NCBI GenBank assembly: GCA_016840165.1
Contig: JAEOSU010000080.1
Span: forward strand, 128,001-192,000
Direction of reading: 5' to 3'
From: Promethearchaeota archaeon
GTDB taxonomy: Archaea > Asgardarchaeota > Lokiarchaeia > Sigyniarchaeales > SOKP01
DNA length: 64,000 bases
In this document: positions 1-10,106 of the stretch, piece after piece
Numbering within the stretch: the stretch's first letter is position 1
How the letters are laid out: every line of letters begins with the position of its first letter
Notes under the pieces: model-generated
The model's database searches: none
What the model was told of the DNA's origin: nothing
What the model saw: the letters and a program-made list of their open reading frames with translations, nothing else
Translations under genes and position numbers: made by a program

Positions 1-309
1 ATGAAATTGTTTTTTAATAATTTGTTTGCCTAATAACAATAAATCATTTTCCTCGTCCCATATTATATTACTTGCGGTTCTAGAAGGTAATTCCAGCGAT
101 GGCCTTCCAGTTGCATATATCATCTCGATTAGGTTATCCACGACCTCGTATAAGCGATTAAGCGTTTCATTTCTACTCAGTTCATCTACTTCAATAGTAT
201 CTAGTGGAAGTTTTACTTCCTTAGTATCTTTTCTTTTTGCTTGATAATCTTCGAAAAGCTTTCGAGCTGCTTTTAAATCATATTCTGTTATAGCTTTTTT
301 TTTTGCCAA
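1..309 (-). CDS. top6A: DNA topoisomerase VI subunit A, N-terminal part (runs off the window)
   Basis: Not in the ORF track. TTG at 309 follows an AGGT SD-like motif. Translation MAKKKAITEYDLK...GRPSLELPSRTASNIIWDEENDLLLLG matches the Top6A N-terminal P-S-R-x-x-S-N motif. Lies directly downstream of top6B. Confidence 0.85.
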   Translation of the reverse strand, partial: MAKKKAITEYDLKAARKLFEDYQAKRKDTKEVKLPLDTIEVDELSRNETLNRLYEVVDNLIEMIYATGRPSLELPSRTASNIIWDEENDLLLLGKQIIKKQFH

Positions 310-321
310 TTCAATTACCTA

Positions 322-3300
322 CTATTTTAATTTCCAATGTTTTTTCCCTTTTTTAATTTCAACAATTATGATTCCTTTTCTTTCTAATTCTTTTAATTTA
401 AGCTGTAGGAATCGAGCATCCATCATATCTTTTATTTTCATCTTAAAAATTAATGAAGTGATTGGTTGCCATTCATTAGATAAGAATTTCAATATTTTAT
501 CAGTCGATATTATTGGTAATTGTGTTTGAGTCGTTTTCTTTTCAGTAACTTTTGGTTCTTTTTTGATGGGAACTTTAACGATATTCTTTTGCTCAATAAG
601 AGGAGTTTCTTGGTAGGGTTCTTTTACTTTTTCTTTTAATTCCTCAGCAGTAGCCTTATCATGTAAAAGAGATTCTTGAATAATAGTAATCATTTCATTC
701 TTTTTTAGGTTAGATGAAAGTTCGATATTCTTTTCCTCACAATATTCCATGAGTTCTCCTTTAGTCATATTTTTTAGGGTTTTTGGGGATAAAACTTCCA
801 TTTTTGAAATAGGTGCCTCCTTAGATTTCACAATTGTCTCAGTTTCTTTTAATTTATTGATGTATTGTTCAGACTCAATTTTTGGAGTTTCTGTAGGAGT
901 TATTTTAGCACCGATGGCATTTATCATTAAAGTTTCTAATTCAGAAACAGATATTTTATCCGTATATTTACTATTCCCCTGAGTAGCAATATTATAAATG
1001 CTTTCTACGAAGGTTGGAATATATTTCTCAATATAGCTTGCTCTTTTCTCTTTTTTGCTTAAGTTCGCTTTTCTGTTAAGATAAACACGTAATCTTCTGC
1101 CTATAGCCTCAAGACAATATTTTATTTCTTTTATTAATTCTGGATCATCTGCTAAAGCATTTTTTGACTGGGATTTGAACATAAGATGGACATAAGGACC
1201 TGAAACATTAATTAATAACAATATAGGTCCTTTAGGTAAATTATTATCATATACATCAAGTTTGTAATTCTTCCAATTGACAGTTTGAACTGCTTTAGTA
1301 ATAGCGCAATCAGCGTTATCTCTCAATTTTGGAGTTCGGTTGACATATCTAAATAAAACATCACTAGATCGTTTAGGAGTTTCAAGTTTTTTTGGATCAT
1401 TACAATAAGCTAATACCGCTTCTACGACATAAGCAAGTCCTTTTCCACTTGTAGGAGGTCTAGTCTCAGCAGATACAAAATCGTCATCCCGAGAATAATT
1501 ATCGGTAAAATATTCAAAAATCTGTTCATAGGATTTTAAGGATGGATTTACTGATAATTCTAATATATTTTGTATTGAATGCTTGAGTTTTTCCTTATCA
1601 ACACTTACTTCATTTAAATTGATCCCATTCATGATCTGCAGATTAAACTCGAGAAGATCTTGCTTTGTTAATTGTTTATCGTCTTTTAATTGAACCTGTT
1701 TAGCTAACTGTATTAGTTCTTCAATGGGCTCCTCAAAATCTTCAGTTGCTTCTGAAATTTTTAAACCTATTTCCTTAATTAATGTATTTTCTAAGACGGT
1801 GTCCCCCACAGGAATGGCTGTATCAGTGGGGGGTGCCATGTACTTTATAGACTTAAAAGCGTGGAATAATGAATTGAATTGTTTATTTGTAACTTCTGAT
1901 GGTTTCGATTTAGAGATTTGAACCTCTTCCACCAGATCTTCTAATTCTGATCGATTGATCACTTTTTTTAATTCAACTAAATTGTCCTTATTCGACTCAA
2001 TCAGTTTGTTTAAATCGTTTTTAATCTTTTGCTTTTCTTTATTGATGGCTTTGATATCGACTAGTAATTTATCAATATTTTGTTCTATCTTCTTTTGATC
2101 TTTTTTAGTCTCAGCTTTTTCAATACGATCGCTGTATTTTTTTATTTGTTTTTGGATTTTTTCTAAATCTTTATTAAATTGATTATAATCTGATATCTTT
2201 TCCCAGTATTTCTCTACTAAATCATGTGATTCAATTTTATAAATGATAAGTTTTTCTCGTGGTTTTTTAGATTTCCCAAAAACACGCTTTTCGAAAGTTA
2301 AGAATAGAATATCTTCATTCTTTTTTTCATTTTTTTGGATAAATCCCGACTTAAGAATGAGTAGGTCTAATTCATCCTCTAAACTTCTTTGGGCAGACTT
2401 TATAATTTTTTTTGCTGTATTAGAACTTACTCGGACGAAATTATCTTGTAAAAACGCAGAAACGGTTAGATTTTCGGATTTGGCGATTAAATCCTGCAAA
2501 TCCCCGATATTTGTTGAGGAAGGATGAGGTTTTGCATATTTTGGTTCCCTTGGAAATGAGGAGACTAAACGCTCGAACTTTAATTCCTCACCATAAGGAT
2601 CGATATAGATTATCGTTATATGAGGATTCATAAGTGCGGTTTGTCGAATGTAAATATCCGCTGAACCTCTTTTATATTTTGTATTTAAATAATTAAGTTT
2701 TATGTACGTGCCATGTAAAAAGGGACTGTCAACCTCAGTGGGATGTACTAGATATCTTTTTTCATTTTTAGATGTCGTGAAAAATTCTGAAACGGTGGCA
2801 TAGATGTTGTCACTCGATTTTGATACAGCAATAATTGGCTTACCAGTTGTGTTTTGTGAATCACTAAAAGCACTTGGAGCTCCGAATCCTTGACTACCTC
2901 TAGTCTGCTTTAATTCGAAACTTTTTGATGAAGCTAAGTATTTTCCGAATTTACGTAAATCATTTTTACCCATACCTATTCCATTATCAAAAATCTCGAA
3001 GGAATAACTCATAACATTTTTTTGAGATAACTCAGAAGTTAAAAAACTTGGTGCCTCTGACTCTCTGAGACGTATTATGACTAAAGGTTCTGTATCTATG
3101 ATGGATTCTACTGGCTTAATGATTTCATTCATATCTTCAATGATACGTAAAACTTCCTCTTCTACTTCTAATTCTGATTTGTCAACTATTTCTCCAGATT
3201 CTGTTTCTTTATCTTCGTTAAGTATTTTAGTTTCTTCTGAGATTTCTGCTGGACGGATACCCATCTCCTGCATGAGAACACTTTTAGCTTCATTATTTAA

Positions 3301-3573
3301 TGGTTTTTTTTCATCTTCATCCATTCCATCTTGAAGAATTGACAAATTTCGTAAAGTGAGTTCTTGATCTAATGAAAAGGCAATTTTTGAAGAATCTTTT
3401 TGTAATTCATTCCATTGAAAAGACTCAATTGCATCAAGAGCATTATCCATAAATTCTGCAGCGTATTGGGTATGTTTCCAATAACCAAATTCAAATCCTA
3501 CGAGCTGTGTGCGTTTCCTCATGAACTGAGCAATAGTTCCTTGCTCAATTCTTCCATCATCTTCAGAAGTAAT
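322..3573 (-). CDS. top6B: DNA topoisomerase VI subunit B, greatly expanded (insertions plus C-terminal SAP/HeH and winged helix); first ATG at 3522, probable ATT start at 3573
   Basis: GHKL motifs EFMDNALDA, DNGIG, QTRGSQGFG; KPHP; APP...IPVG; RYVNRTP; NWKNY. The frame stays open upstream of the ATG and encodes the homologous IEQGTIAQF segment. Confidence 0.9.
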   Translation of the reverse strand: MTSEDDGRIEQGTIAQFMRKRTQLVGFEFGYWKHTQYAAEFMDNALDAIESFQWNELQKDSSKIAFSLDQELTLRNLSILQDGMDEDEKKPLNNEAKSVLMQEMGIRPAEISEETKILNEDKETESGEIVDKSELEVEEEVLRIIEDMNEIIKPVESIIDTEPLVIIRLRESEAPSFLTSELSQKNVMSYSFEIFDNGIGMGKNDLRKFGKYLASSKSFELKQTRGSQGFGAPSAFSDSQNTTGKPIIAVSKSSDNIYATVSEFFTTSKNEKRYLVHPTEVDSPFLHGTYIKLNYLNTKYKRGSADIYIRQTALMNPHITIIYIDPYGEELKFERLVSSFPREPKYAKPHPSSTNIGDLQDLIAKSENLTVSAFLQDNFVRVSSNTAKKIIKSAQRSLEDELDLLILKSGFIQKNEKKNEDILFLTFEKRVFGKSKKPREKLIIYKIESHDLVEKYWEKISDYNQFNKDLEKIQKQIKKYSDRIEKAETKKDQKKIEQNIDKLLVDIKAINKEKQKIKNDLNKLIESNKDNLVELKKVINRSELEDLVEEVQISKSKPSEVTNKQFNSLFHAFKSIKYMAPPTDTAIPVGDTVLENTLIKEIGLKISEATEDFEEPIEELIQLAKQVQLKDDKQLTKQDLLEFNLQIMNGINLNEVSVDKEKLKHSIQNILELSVNPSLKSYEQIFEYFTDNYSRDDDFVSAETRPPTSGKGLAYVVEAVLAYCNDPKKLETPKRSSDVLFRYVNRTPKLRDNADCAITKAVQTVNWKNYKLDVYDNNLPKGPILLLINVSGPYVHLMFKSQSKNALADDPELIKEIKYCLEAIGRRLRVYLNRKANLSKKEKRASYIEKYIPTFVESIYNIATQGNSKYTDKISVSELETLMINAIGAKITPTETPKIESEQYINKLKETETIVKSKEAPISKMEVLSPKTLKNMTKGELMEYCEEKNIELSSNLKKNEMITIIQESLLHDKATAEELKEKVKEPYQETPLIEQKNIVKVPIKKEPKVTEKKTTQTQLPIISTDKILKFLSNEWQPITSLIFKMKIKDMMDARFLQLKLKELERKGIIIVEIKKGKKHWKLK

Positions 3574-3793
3574 TTTAACAACCTACATTATAATATTAAT
3601 CTCAATAAGAAAACCTTAGATCATTATTTTTAATTGTATATCTATTGGTATTAAAACTATGACCTTATGGTAATTTTTCATAATCTTTTTATTTATTTTT
3701 CAAAATCTATCTATTTATTCATTTTGAACTAAAATTGATTTCTTATTTAAATTTTATCCTAGCAGAAAAATTTATCAAAAAGAGTGTAATGAA

Positions 3794-5074
3794 TTAATTA
3801 ATACCTCTAATACGATAGGCTTCTAATGCTACATCTATGATTTTAGATGCAATATAACGTTTAGTATTTTTTTCTACATGAGTAATGTGTTTTTGCTTAT
3901 CAATAATATATACTTCATTATCCTTACTCATAAAGCCTATATCTTCTCTGGCAATATCATTAGCTACTATTAAATCAGCATCTGATTTTAGAAGCCTTTC
4001 ATAAGCCCGATTTATTAATTCAGTTCTAGATACATTTGATTCTGCTTTAAAAGCAACGATGAAGGCTTTGTAGTTTTTCTTCCGAGCAACATCAATTATT
4101 TTTGGAGTAAGTTTCATGTTTACTTGTAATTCTTCAACATTATGAGATGATATTTTACCATCGATACGTTCGACGGGTTTATAATCTGATATAGCAGCAG
4201 CAGAGATGAAAAAATGATAATCTTTATAACTTAGTTCATCTTTAACCGTTCTAATAAAATCCTCAGTTGAAACCACGTTTATTGTTTCGATATACTCAGG
4301 TATTTTGACCATACATTTACCTGCAATTAAGAGTACATCCGCACCCCTCGCAGCAGCTTCTTTTGCAAGTTCAATACCCATTCTTCCTGAAGATCTATTC
4401 GATACAAATCGAACAGAATCTATTGCCTCTCGAGTTGGACCAGCTGTTATTAAAACTTTCATTCCTTCCAAATCTTTCTTCGCTATAACTAAATCAATTA
4501 CGCGATCGATTACATCCTCAACTTTTGCAACTTTAGCTTTCCCTTCTGAAATTCTCGGCCCTAAGATATCAATTCCATATTTTTTAAGTTTAATTATATT
4601 TTGCTCGATTATGGGGTGAAACATGCTTTCATGCATCGCAGGAACCACAACGATGGGTAAATCAGAACCAAAAGCAGTGGAAACAACTGTAGTGACTGGT
4701 GTATCATCAATACCATTAGCAATTTTTGAGATTGTATTCGAAGTAGCAGGACATACTAATATTAAATCTGCCTTACTTGATGCATTTGGTCTATCTCCAG
4801 CAAGAAAAACATGTTCTACCGCACCAGTTAATTTGGTAATAACAGGATTCCCAGTAGCCCAATGCATTATAGAAGGGTTTATTAATTCTGTTGCAGCTCT
4901 AGACATGACCGTTATAACTTCAGCACCTAATCTCATTAACTCTCTTGCAACTATTGGTGCTGTAATTACTGCAACTGATCCAGTTAAACATAAGCATATA
5001 GTTTTACCTCGTAAGATTGTTCCCTTAGTTTCTACGATGTCCTTAGATGGATGATGATACTTATCTCTCAACAT
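3794..5074 (-). CDS. coaBC: Bifunctional phosphopantothenoylcysteine decarboxylase/ligase
   Basis: LTGSVA, PATSNTISKIA, PAMH, TAGPTRE.ID.VRF.SN.SSG.MG, AAISDY. Confidence 0.95.
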   Translation of the reverse strand: MLRDKYHHPSKDIVETKGTILRGKTICLCLTGSVAVITAPIVARELMRLGAEVITVMSRAATELINPSIMHWATGNPVITKLTGAVEHVFLAGDRPNASSKADLILVCPATSNTISKIANGIDDTPVTTVVSTAFGSDLPIVVVPAMHESMFHPIIEQNIIKLKKYGIDILGPRISEGKAKVAKVEDVIDRVIDLVIAKKDLEGMKVLITAGPTREAIDSVRFVSNRSSGRMGIELAKEAAARGADVLLIAGKCMVKIPEYIETINVVSTEDFIRTVKDELSYKDYHFFISAAAISDYKPVERIDGKISSHNVEELQVNMKLTPKIIDVARKKNYKAFIVAFKAESNVSRTELINRAYERLLKSDADLIVANDIAREDIGFMSKDNEVYIIDKQKHITHVEKNTKRYIASKIIDVALEAYRIRGIN

Positions 5075-5218
5075 TTACATTCTCGTATATTAATTGTTCA
5101 ATATTATAAAAATATATATAAAATATAAAAATACTGGAAAATTAGATTTTTGTTTTAGAAACTTAGATTTAAACTATATTTATATTGAATGTTCTAACTT
5201 GAAATATATAAAAAAGAT

Positions 5219-7588
5219 TTACTCATTCTTCTCGATGATATTTAAATTAAAACCTAGTTTTGCTGTAAGATTTTCAAACTTTTGCATATAACTTTTATCT
5301 ACTTTTTTAGTGTTTTTAATATCCAAAATTTTTGAAAATTGATTGCCATAATACGTTTTACTAATTTCAGATAAGTCAAACCACACTCCTTTTTGCTCAA
5401 AATGCTTAATGATCATTGATTTTTGAAATTCACTCTCTCTTATATTCACAATTCTTTTAGAATATTTAATAAAGGGAGTATTTCGCATTTTTTTTAAATC
5501 ATAAACCTTAGTGGAACCCAATTTAGGGTTACTAAGATCCTCTTCTATATATTTGTGTATTTGATTTAGAATTTGTTTCTTTAATTGTTTTATAGTGATA
5601 TCATCTCTCATTGATTCTTCTATAAATCTTGTATAAGGTAATTGTAGCCCAGATAATTCCGTTGATAGATTAAGGAGTGTTAGAATTTGAGTCGTATAAT
5701 CTTTAAGATTCGATTTTAACGTATTAAATACGTATTCTTTTTCTTTTTTAATGAAATTAAATAAAAATTTTTGGAATGCTTTAATAAATTTTCTGTAACT
5801 TGGTATTAAAGTTTTATTTGGATTATTCAAAACAAGATTATAAGCATTAAACGGATTTATTTTCTTTTTTATTACTTTACTCACCAAAGATAATGGATAA
5901 TACCCTTCAAGATAATCCATACCTTTTGAAACGCCTTTTATTGCTTCATAGAAAGAGCATTTTTTAATAACATTGACTACTTTTATAATATTCCCTTCAA
6001 TTTTAACCGGTGTTTTTTGACAAAAACATAAATCAAAAGGTTTTAAATCATGAAAAAGACGGTTATTTTGATCAGGTATGATAATTTGAGAACTATATGC
6101 ATTCACAATGCTCCCCTGGTACGGTTTAATTGCTAAATCCCATTCAATAATCATACTATTCTTTATATTTGAAATTTCCTGTAGAGTTTCATAACTATAT
6201 TCAATTGATTTTCTTAATAAAGAGACTCCATCTATGGGATTTATTTTATATTTATCATTTTCTCCCCAAAACCGATTTTTATAATAGAAGATATCTGGAA
6301 ATTTCGTTAAATCATCTTTAAACAACTCTTTAAAAATTAAGTAATTTATCCCTATTTCTGAAGATTTGATCGTTGAATTGTTTAATCCAAAAAACCCAAT
6401 ATGTTTAATTATGTACAAGTATGCAGGATTAAAAATATTCTCCTTATTATGATTGGTTTCGTATGTATTCCTTCGTTTTCTAAAATCTACTTTTGATCTT
6501 ATGACTTTATGCTTTTCAGCGATAAGTTTTAAGTATGAAAATTTTTTTAAATATACTTTTCTTTCTAACTCTTTTATTTCTGCTTTATAAGCTTTATAAT
6601 CATCATAATATTGATCAACATTTATTTCAAACGTTTCAAATTGCTGTTTCATCAATTTTAATTTATCAATGATGCAAAAATTATCAATCTCATCGAAGAA
6701 TTTGGTTATCAACTCGTTCTCAAATGCTTTAAAATTTTCAGAATCTAATATATCTTTGAATTCTGTTGTATAATCATTAATCTTATCAATCTCTTTTTTT
6801 ATAAAATAGAATGAAAAATATTTTTCGTTAAAATCACTAGAATTTGTCATTCTTTTCATATGAACTAAAATTTTTGAGAGAAAGGACATATTTACAATCT
6901 CATAAGTTTCCAAAATCTTATCAGTAAAGCTAATGATCTTCAATAAATTGTAAAATGAATATTTTGATATTGCCTTGAGAAATAATAAAAATCCTTTTTC
7001 AATATGATTGTTAAAACGGAAAACTTGATCTTCTATTTCATTTTCTTGGGCAGATTTTATAAATTCGAAGAATTCAATGAATAAATTATTATCTATAGCG
7101 GTAAGAAGATATTTTTCAATCATATCTTCGCATTCATATTGATTTAAAATGGCTTTATTAAGGTAATTTAGGCCTTCTACAGAATTTTTACCATCAAAAC
7201 ATGATTTTGCTAATAATGTATAGTTTTTGCTTTTTTTTTTTGAACCGAAATCTTCAGATGTAAAATTAAATTTATCAAGATTTTTGATTATTCTAAGAGA
7301 TAATTCCGGTTCTAAAGATAGTAGAAGTTTTATTATATGAATGCAGATTTTATCTTCCCTATTGCTGTGGATTAAAAACAACGGGCAATCATGAAAGATT
7401 TCATTTTTTGCCTCATCTATAATTATATGAAACTCTCGCTCATCATCTAAAATTGTACTTCTAATTTTTATTGGATGATCTTTTAAAGAAATAATAGTTA
7501 ATTTTGTATTTGGATAATCTTGAGCTTTATTAAAGAGATCTTGGCCAAATCTATCAATAATTGTTTGATAAATAACATTTTTTGACAT
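5219..7588 (-). CDS. Large helical protein with N-terminal SWIM-like Zn finger
   Basis: HDC-x13-CIH motif after a beta-hairpin, resembling SWIM (CxC...CxH); last gene of the MoxR-VWA operon. Confidence 0.6.
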   Translation of the reverse strand: MSKNVIYQTIIDRFGQDLFNKAQDYPNTKLTIISLKDHPIKIRSTILDDEREFHIIIDEAKNEIFHDCPLFLIHSNREDKICIHIIKLLLSLEPELSLRIIKNLDKFNFTSEDFGSKKKSKNYTLLAKSCFDGKNSVEGLNYLNKAILNQYECEDMIEKYLLTAIDNNLFIEFFEFIKSAQENEIEDQVFRFNNHIEKGFLLFLKAISKYSFYNLLKIISFTDKILETYEIVNMSFLSKILVHMKRMTNSSDFNEKYFSFYFIKKEIDKINDYTTEFKDILDSENFKAFENELITKFFDEIDNFCIIDKLKLMKQQFETFEINVDQYYDDYKAYKAEIKELERKVYLKKFSYLKLIAEKHKVIRSKVDFRKRRNTYETNHNKENIFNPAYLYIIKHIGFFGLNNSTIKSSEIGINYLIFKELFKDDLTKFPDIFYYKNRFWGENDKYKINPIDGVSLLRKSIEYSYETLQEISNIKNSMIIEWDLAIKPYQGSIVNAYSSQIIIPDQNNRLFHDLKPFDLCFCQKTPVKIEGNIIKVVNVIKKCSFYEAIKGVSKGMDYLEGYYPLSLVSKVIKKKINPFNAYNLVLNNPNKTLIPSYRKFIKAFQKFLFNFIKKEKEYVFNTLKSNLKDYTTQILTLLNLSTELSGLQLPYTRFIEESMRDDITIKQLKKQILNQIHKYIEEDLSNPKLGSTKVYDLKKMRNTPFIKYSKRIVNIRESEFQKSMIIKHFEQKGVWFDLSEISKTYYGNQFSKILDIKNTKKVDKSYMQKFENLTAKLGFNLNIIEKNE

Positions 7589-7595
7589 TTTTACT

Positions 7596-10088
7596 TCAAA
7601 ATCGTGATTTTATAATATCGGATATTAATTTAGGAAATTCATTCCAATCCTTTATTGTAAGTAACTGTCCTCCAGCAGTTTTAACCATTTTTTCTGCCTC
7701 TTTTAAATTATATGATGCTTCTGGACAGATTAATATGAAATCGACTCCTAATGATCGCATTACTCTCAATTCATGAATCGAAGCTTTTATATCAAATACT
7801 TCTGCATCAGTAAATAATATATTTAACTTTTCTCGAGAAGTTGAATGGTCTTTAAACTGTTTATTAGCCCATTCAAGAGCATTTTGCATTCTTGTGCCTC
7901 CCCGAGCACTTATAGAGAGTAACTCATCTGCTAATTTCTCTAAATCAACTTTTTCATCTAGTTTTTTTAGAACATGAGTATCTGATTCGAAGAAAGTTAT
8001 GGCAAATTCATCTTTTCGCATGCCATAGCACATCATTGTGACACATATGCTCATATAAGCAAGTTTATCGCCTGACATAGAACCACTAATATCTAGTTCA
8101 ATACAACATGATCTTAACCCTTTTGCGGTTTCATAAACGTAGAAATCATCGTAATCAATATGATCTAGTTTTTTTCCTTTCTCAAGCAAGTTAAAAAGAG
8201 TTTCCTCTAAATCAATATTTTCAAAATCATCTCCTACTGAATATGGTCTTACTATATTAATAGGTATTGGCCCCGTTGTAGCAGATCCTAATCTGGCTCT
8301 AGAATAATATATGCCTAATTCTATTAGGAGCTTCTTCGCCAACTCCTTTACTTTCTGTTTAGATCCCTCTGGTAGATCTTTACGATGAATAAACCATTCT
8401 TTGAGTAAGTTTTCTCCGCTTCCTGCTGATAAACATGCAATCATTTTATCTTGACCTTCATTTCCACCAATGGTTTGTGCCACTTTAAGAGCCTCACTTA
8501 AATTAAAATGCCCAAGTGCTCCTAAAGCATCTCTATTTTCATTTGATAATGCGCTTGCAATTAATTCTTTCATTCTATCATAATTTATTTGGTCTTTGAT
8601 TTGATCCATAAGATTCTGTATCTTTTGAAAGTCAGCACTTTTATTATCAATCATTTTTTTTAATAACTGATAATTTGGTTCAATCAATTCAAAGATATCT
8701 TCATCAGACATATTAAGTTTCTCTCCAACTCGTTGAATATCTTCCGATTTTGGATCAAGCCCAATCTTTCTTAAAAACTCTGTTGCATCTCTTAGCTGAT
8801 CAGCATTTTTACATACATCTAATGTCTGCGAAGTTAAATCAGGGAGATTTTGAGCTATCTTTTGACTACAATGCATATTTTCACAGCTATTCATTAGTTG
8901 TTGTATCTGATGAGAGAGGTTTTTGAATGCTTCATATTTTAGAGGTTGATTTTTGGCATTTTCTATAGCATTCTTTAGTGCTTGATTAAATAATTCATTC
9001 CAAGATTTGTTTGCATATGCACTTTTAGTAAGAGACTCTAATGATAAATTCATTTTATTATTCATTTTTTGTTCATGAAATTTATCAAGTAATTCAGCCC
9101 TCAAATTACTTCCAAAAAATTGATCCAGTGAATTAGCTAAATTATAATTATGTTCAAATGATGAATTTTCTAAGGAATTGTTAAGAATTTTTTCCTTGTT
9201 AAAATTCGGCAACTCTCCTAATGTCTTTGCTGCATTGAATAGTTGTTCTAAATCTTTAATCTGGTCTCGAAGTTGGTTTTGTAAACGCGCTAACTCATTT
9301 TTTATTTCATTTTGACTCGAAGTCTCATTAAGAAACTTCATAGTCTTTAATAAATCATTTAATTTACCTGAATTTAGTAAATCTTCCAAATCTTTTTTTA
9401 TATCCTCACCATTAAGAGCCTTACTTGAAATTTTCTCCCATTCTCTCAAAGATTTATCTTGAATTAGATCATTCAAACCAAGTTCTGATCCTGCTCTTAT
9501 ATCCGCAGGTTCTAGCGAGTTAATTTTTTGTTCAAACCTCTTTTTTGCCTCTTCAATCAATTGTTCGAGAGATGAAATTTCTTCTTTAAACAAGTCTGAA
9601 TTATCACCAAAAAACTCGAGTGCAGATTTATACGGCTCTTCCTCTCTTTTTTCATTTAATTCTTCTAAAAATTTCTCTAAATTTTCGATAGATTCTTGAT
9701 TCACGGTATTTGATATCTCTATCTCATCGATTAATTCCTGTATTTTATCCAATTCAGATTTAAGGTTTTCATCCAAAAAATCTTTTTTATCAGTTACAAG
9801 ATCGTCTTGAAAGAAGGAATCAAGCATATCTTTTTTATAATTAGGGAATAAAATCTGAAAAGCAATATCTTTTGCCAGTTCTTGATTATCTGGAAATGAG
9901 GTAACTACGCTAATTTCAATATAATCATTTGGGTTAACGCTTCCTTTTCTATAATATCTTGAAAGGATTAATTTTGGGATAGATAACACTTGTCTTGAGG
10001 AGGGAATCTGGACGATATCAGGATTAGTTCGCATTTTCCTGATGAAGTCAACGGCAAATTCACATGGATTCTCAGGGAAGACACTCAT
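7596..10088 (-). CDS. VWA-domain protein (MoxR partner) with N-terminal AAA-lid-like domain
   Basis: MIDAS DISGSM...GGT...FTD in the C-terminal domain, preceded by RPY..GDD...IDLEET typical of MoxR-associated VWA proteins. Confidence 0.85.
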   Translation of the reverse strand: MSVFPENPCEFAVDFIRKMRTNPDIVQIPSSRQVLSIPKLILSRYYRKGSVNPNDYIEISVVTSFPDNQELAKDIAFQILFPNYKKDMLDSFFQDDLVTDKKDFLDENLKSELDKIQELIDEIEISNTVNQESIENLEKFLEELNEKREEEPYKSALEFFGDNSDLFKEEISSLEQLIEEAKKRFEQKINSLEPADIRAGSELGLNDLIQDKSLREWEKISSKALNGEDIKKDLEDLLNSGKLNDLLKTMKFLNETSSQNEIKNELARLQNQLRDQIKDLEQLFNAAKTLGELPNFNKEKILNNSLENSSFEHNYNLANSLDQFFGSNLRAELLDKFHEQKMNNKMNLSLESLTKSAYANKSWNELFNQALKNAIENAKNQPLKYEAFKNLSHQIQQLMNSCENMHCSQKIAQNLPDLTSQTLDVCKNADQLRDATEFLRKIGLDPKSEDIQRVGEKLNMSDEDIFELIEPNYQLLKKMIDNKSADFQKIQNLMDQIKDQINYDRMKELIASALSNENRDALGALGHFNLSEALKVAQTIGGNEGQDKMIACLSAGSGENLLKEWFIHRKDLPEGSKQKVKELAKKLLIELGIYYSRARLGSATTGPIPINIVRPYSVGDDFENIDLEETLFNLLEKGKKLDHIDYDDFYVYETAKGLRSCCIELDISGSMSGDKLAYMSICVTMMCYGMRKDEFAITFFESDTHVLKKLDEKVDLEKLADELLSISARGGTRMQNALEWANKQFKDHSTSREKLNILFTDAEVFDIKASIHELRVMRSLGVDFILICPEASYNLKEAEKMVKTAGGQLLTIKDWNEFPKLISDIIKSRF

Positions 10089-10106
10089 CGAATTTAATAG
10101 ACCTCC

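Noticed and set aside
322-3522. Intein as an explanation for the Top6B insertions
   Set aside because: No C/S...HN-C/S/T splice junctions or LAGLIDADG motifs seen
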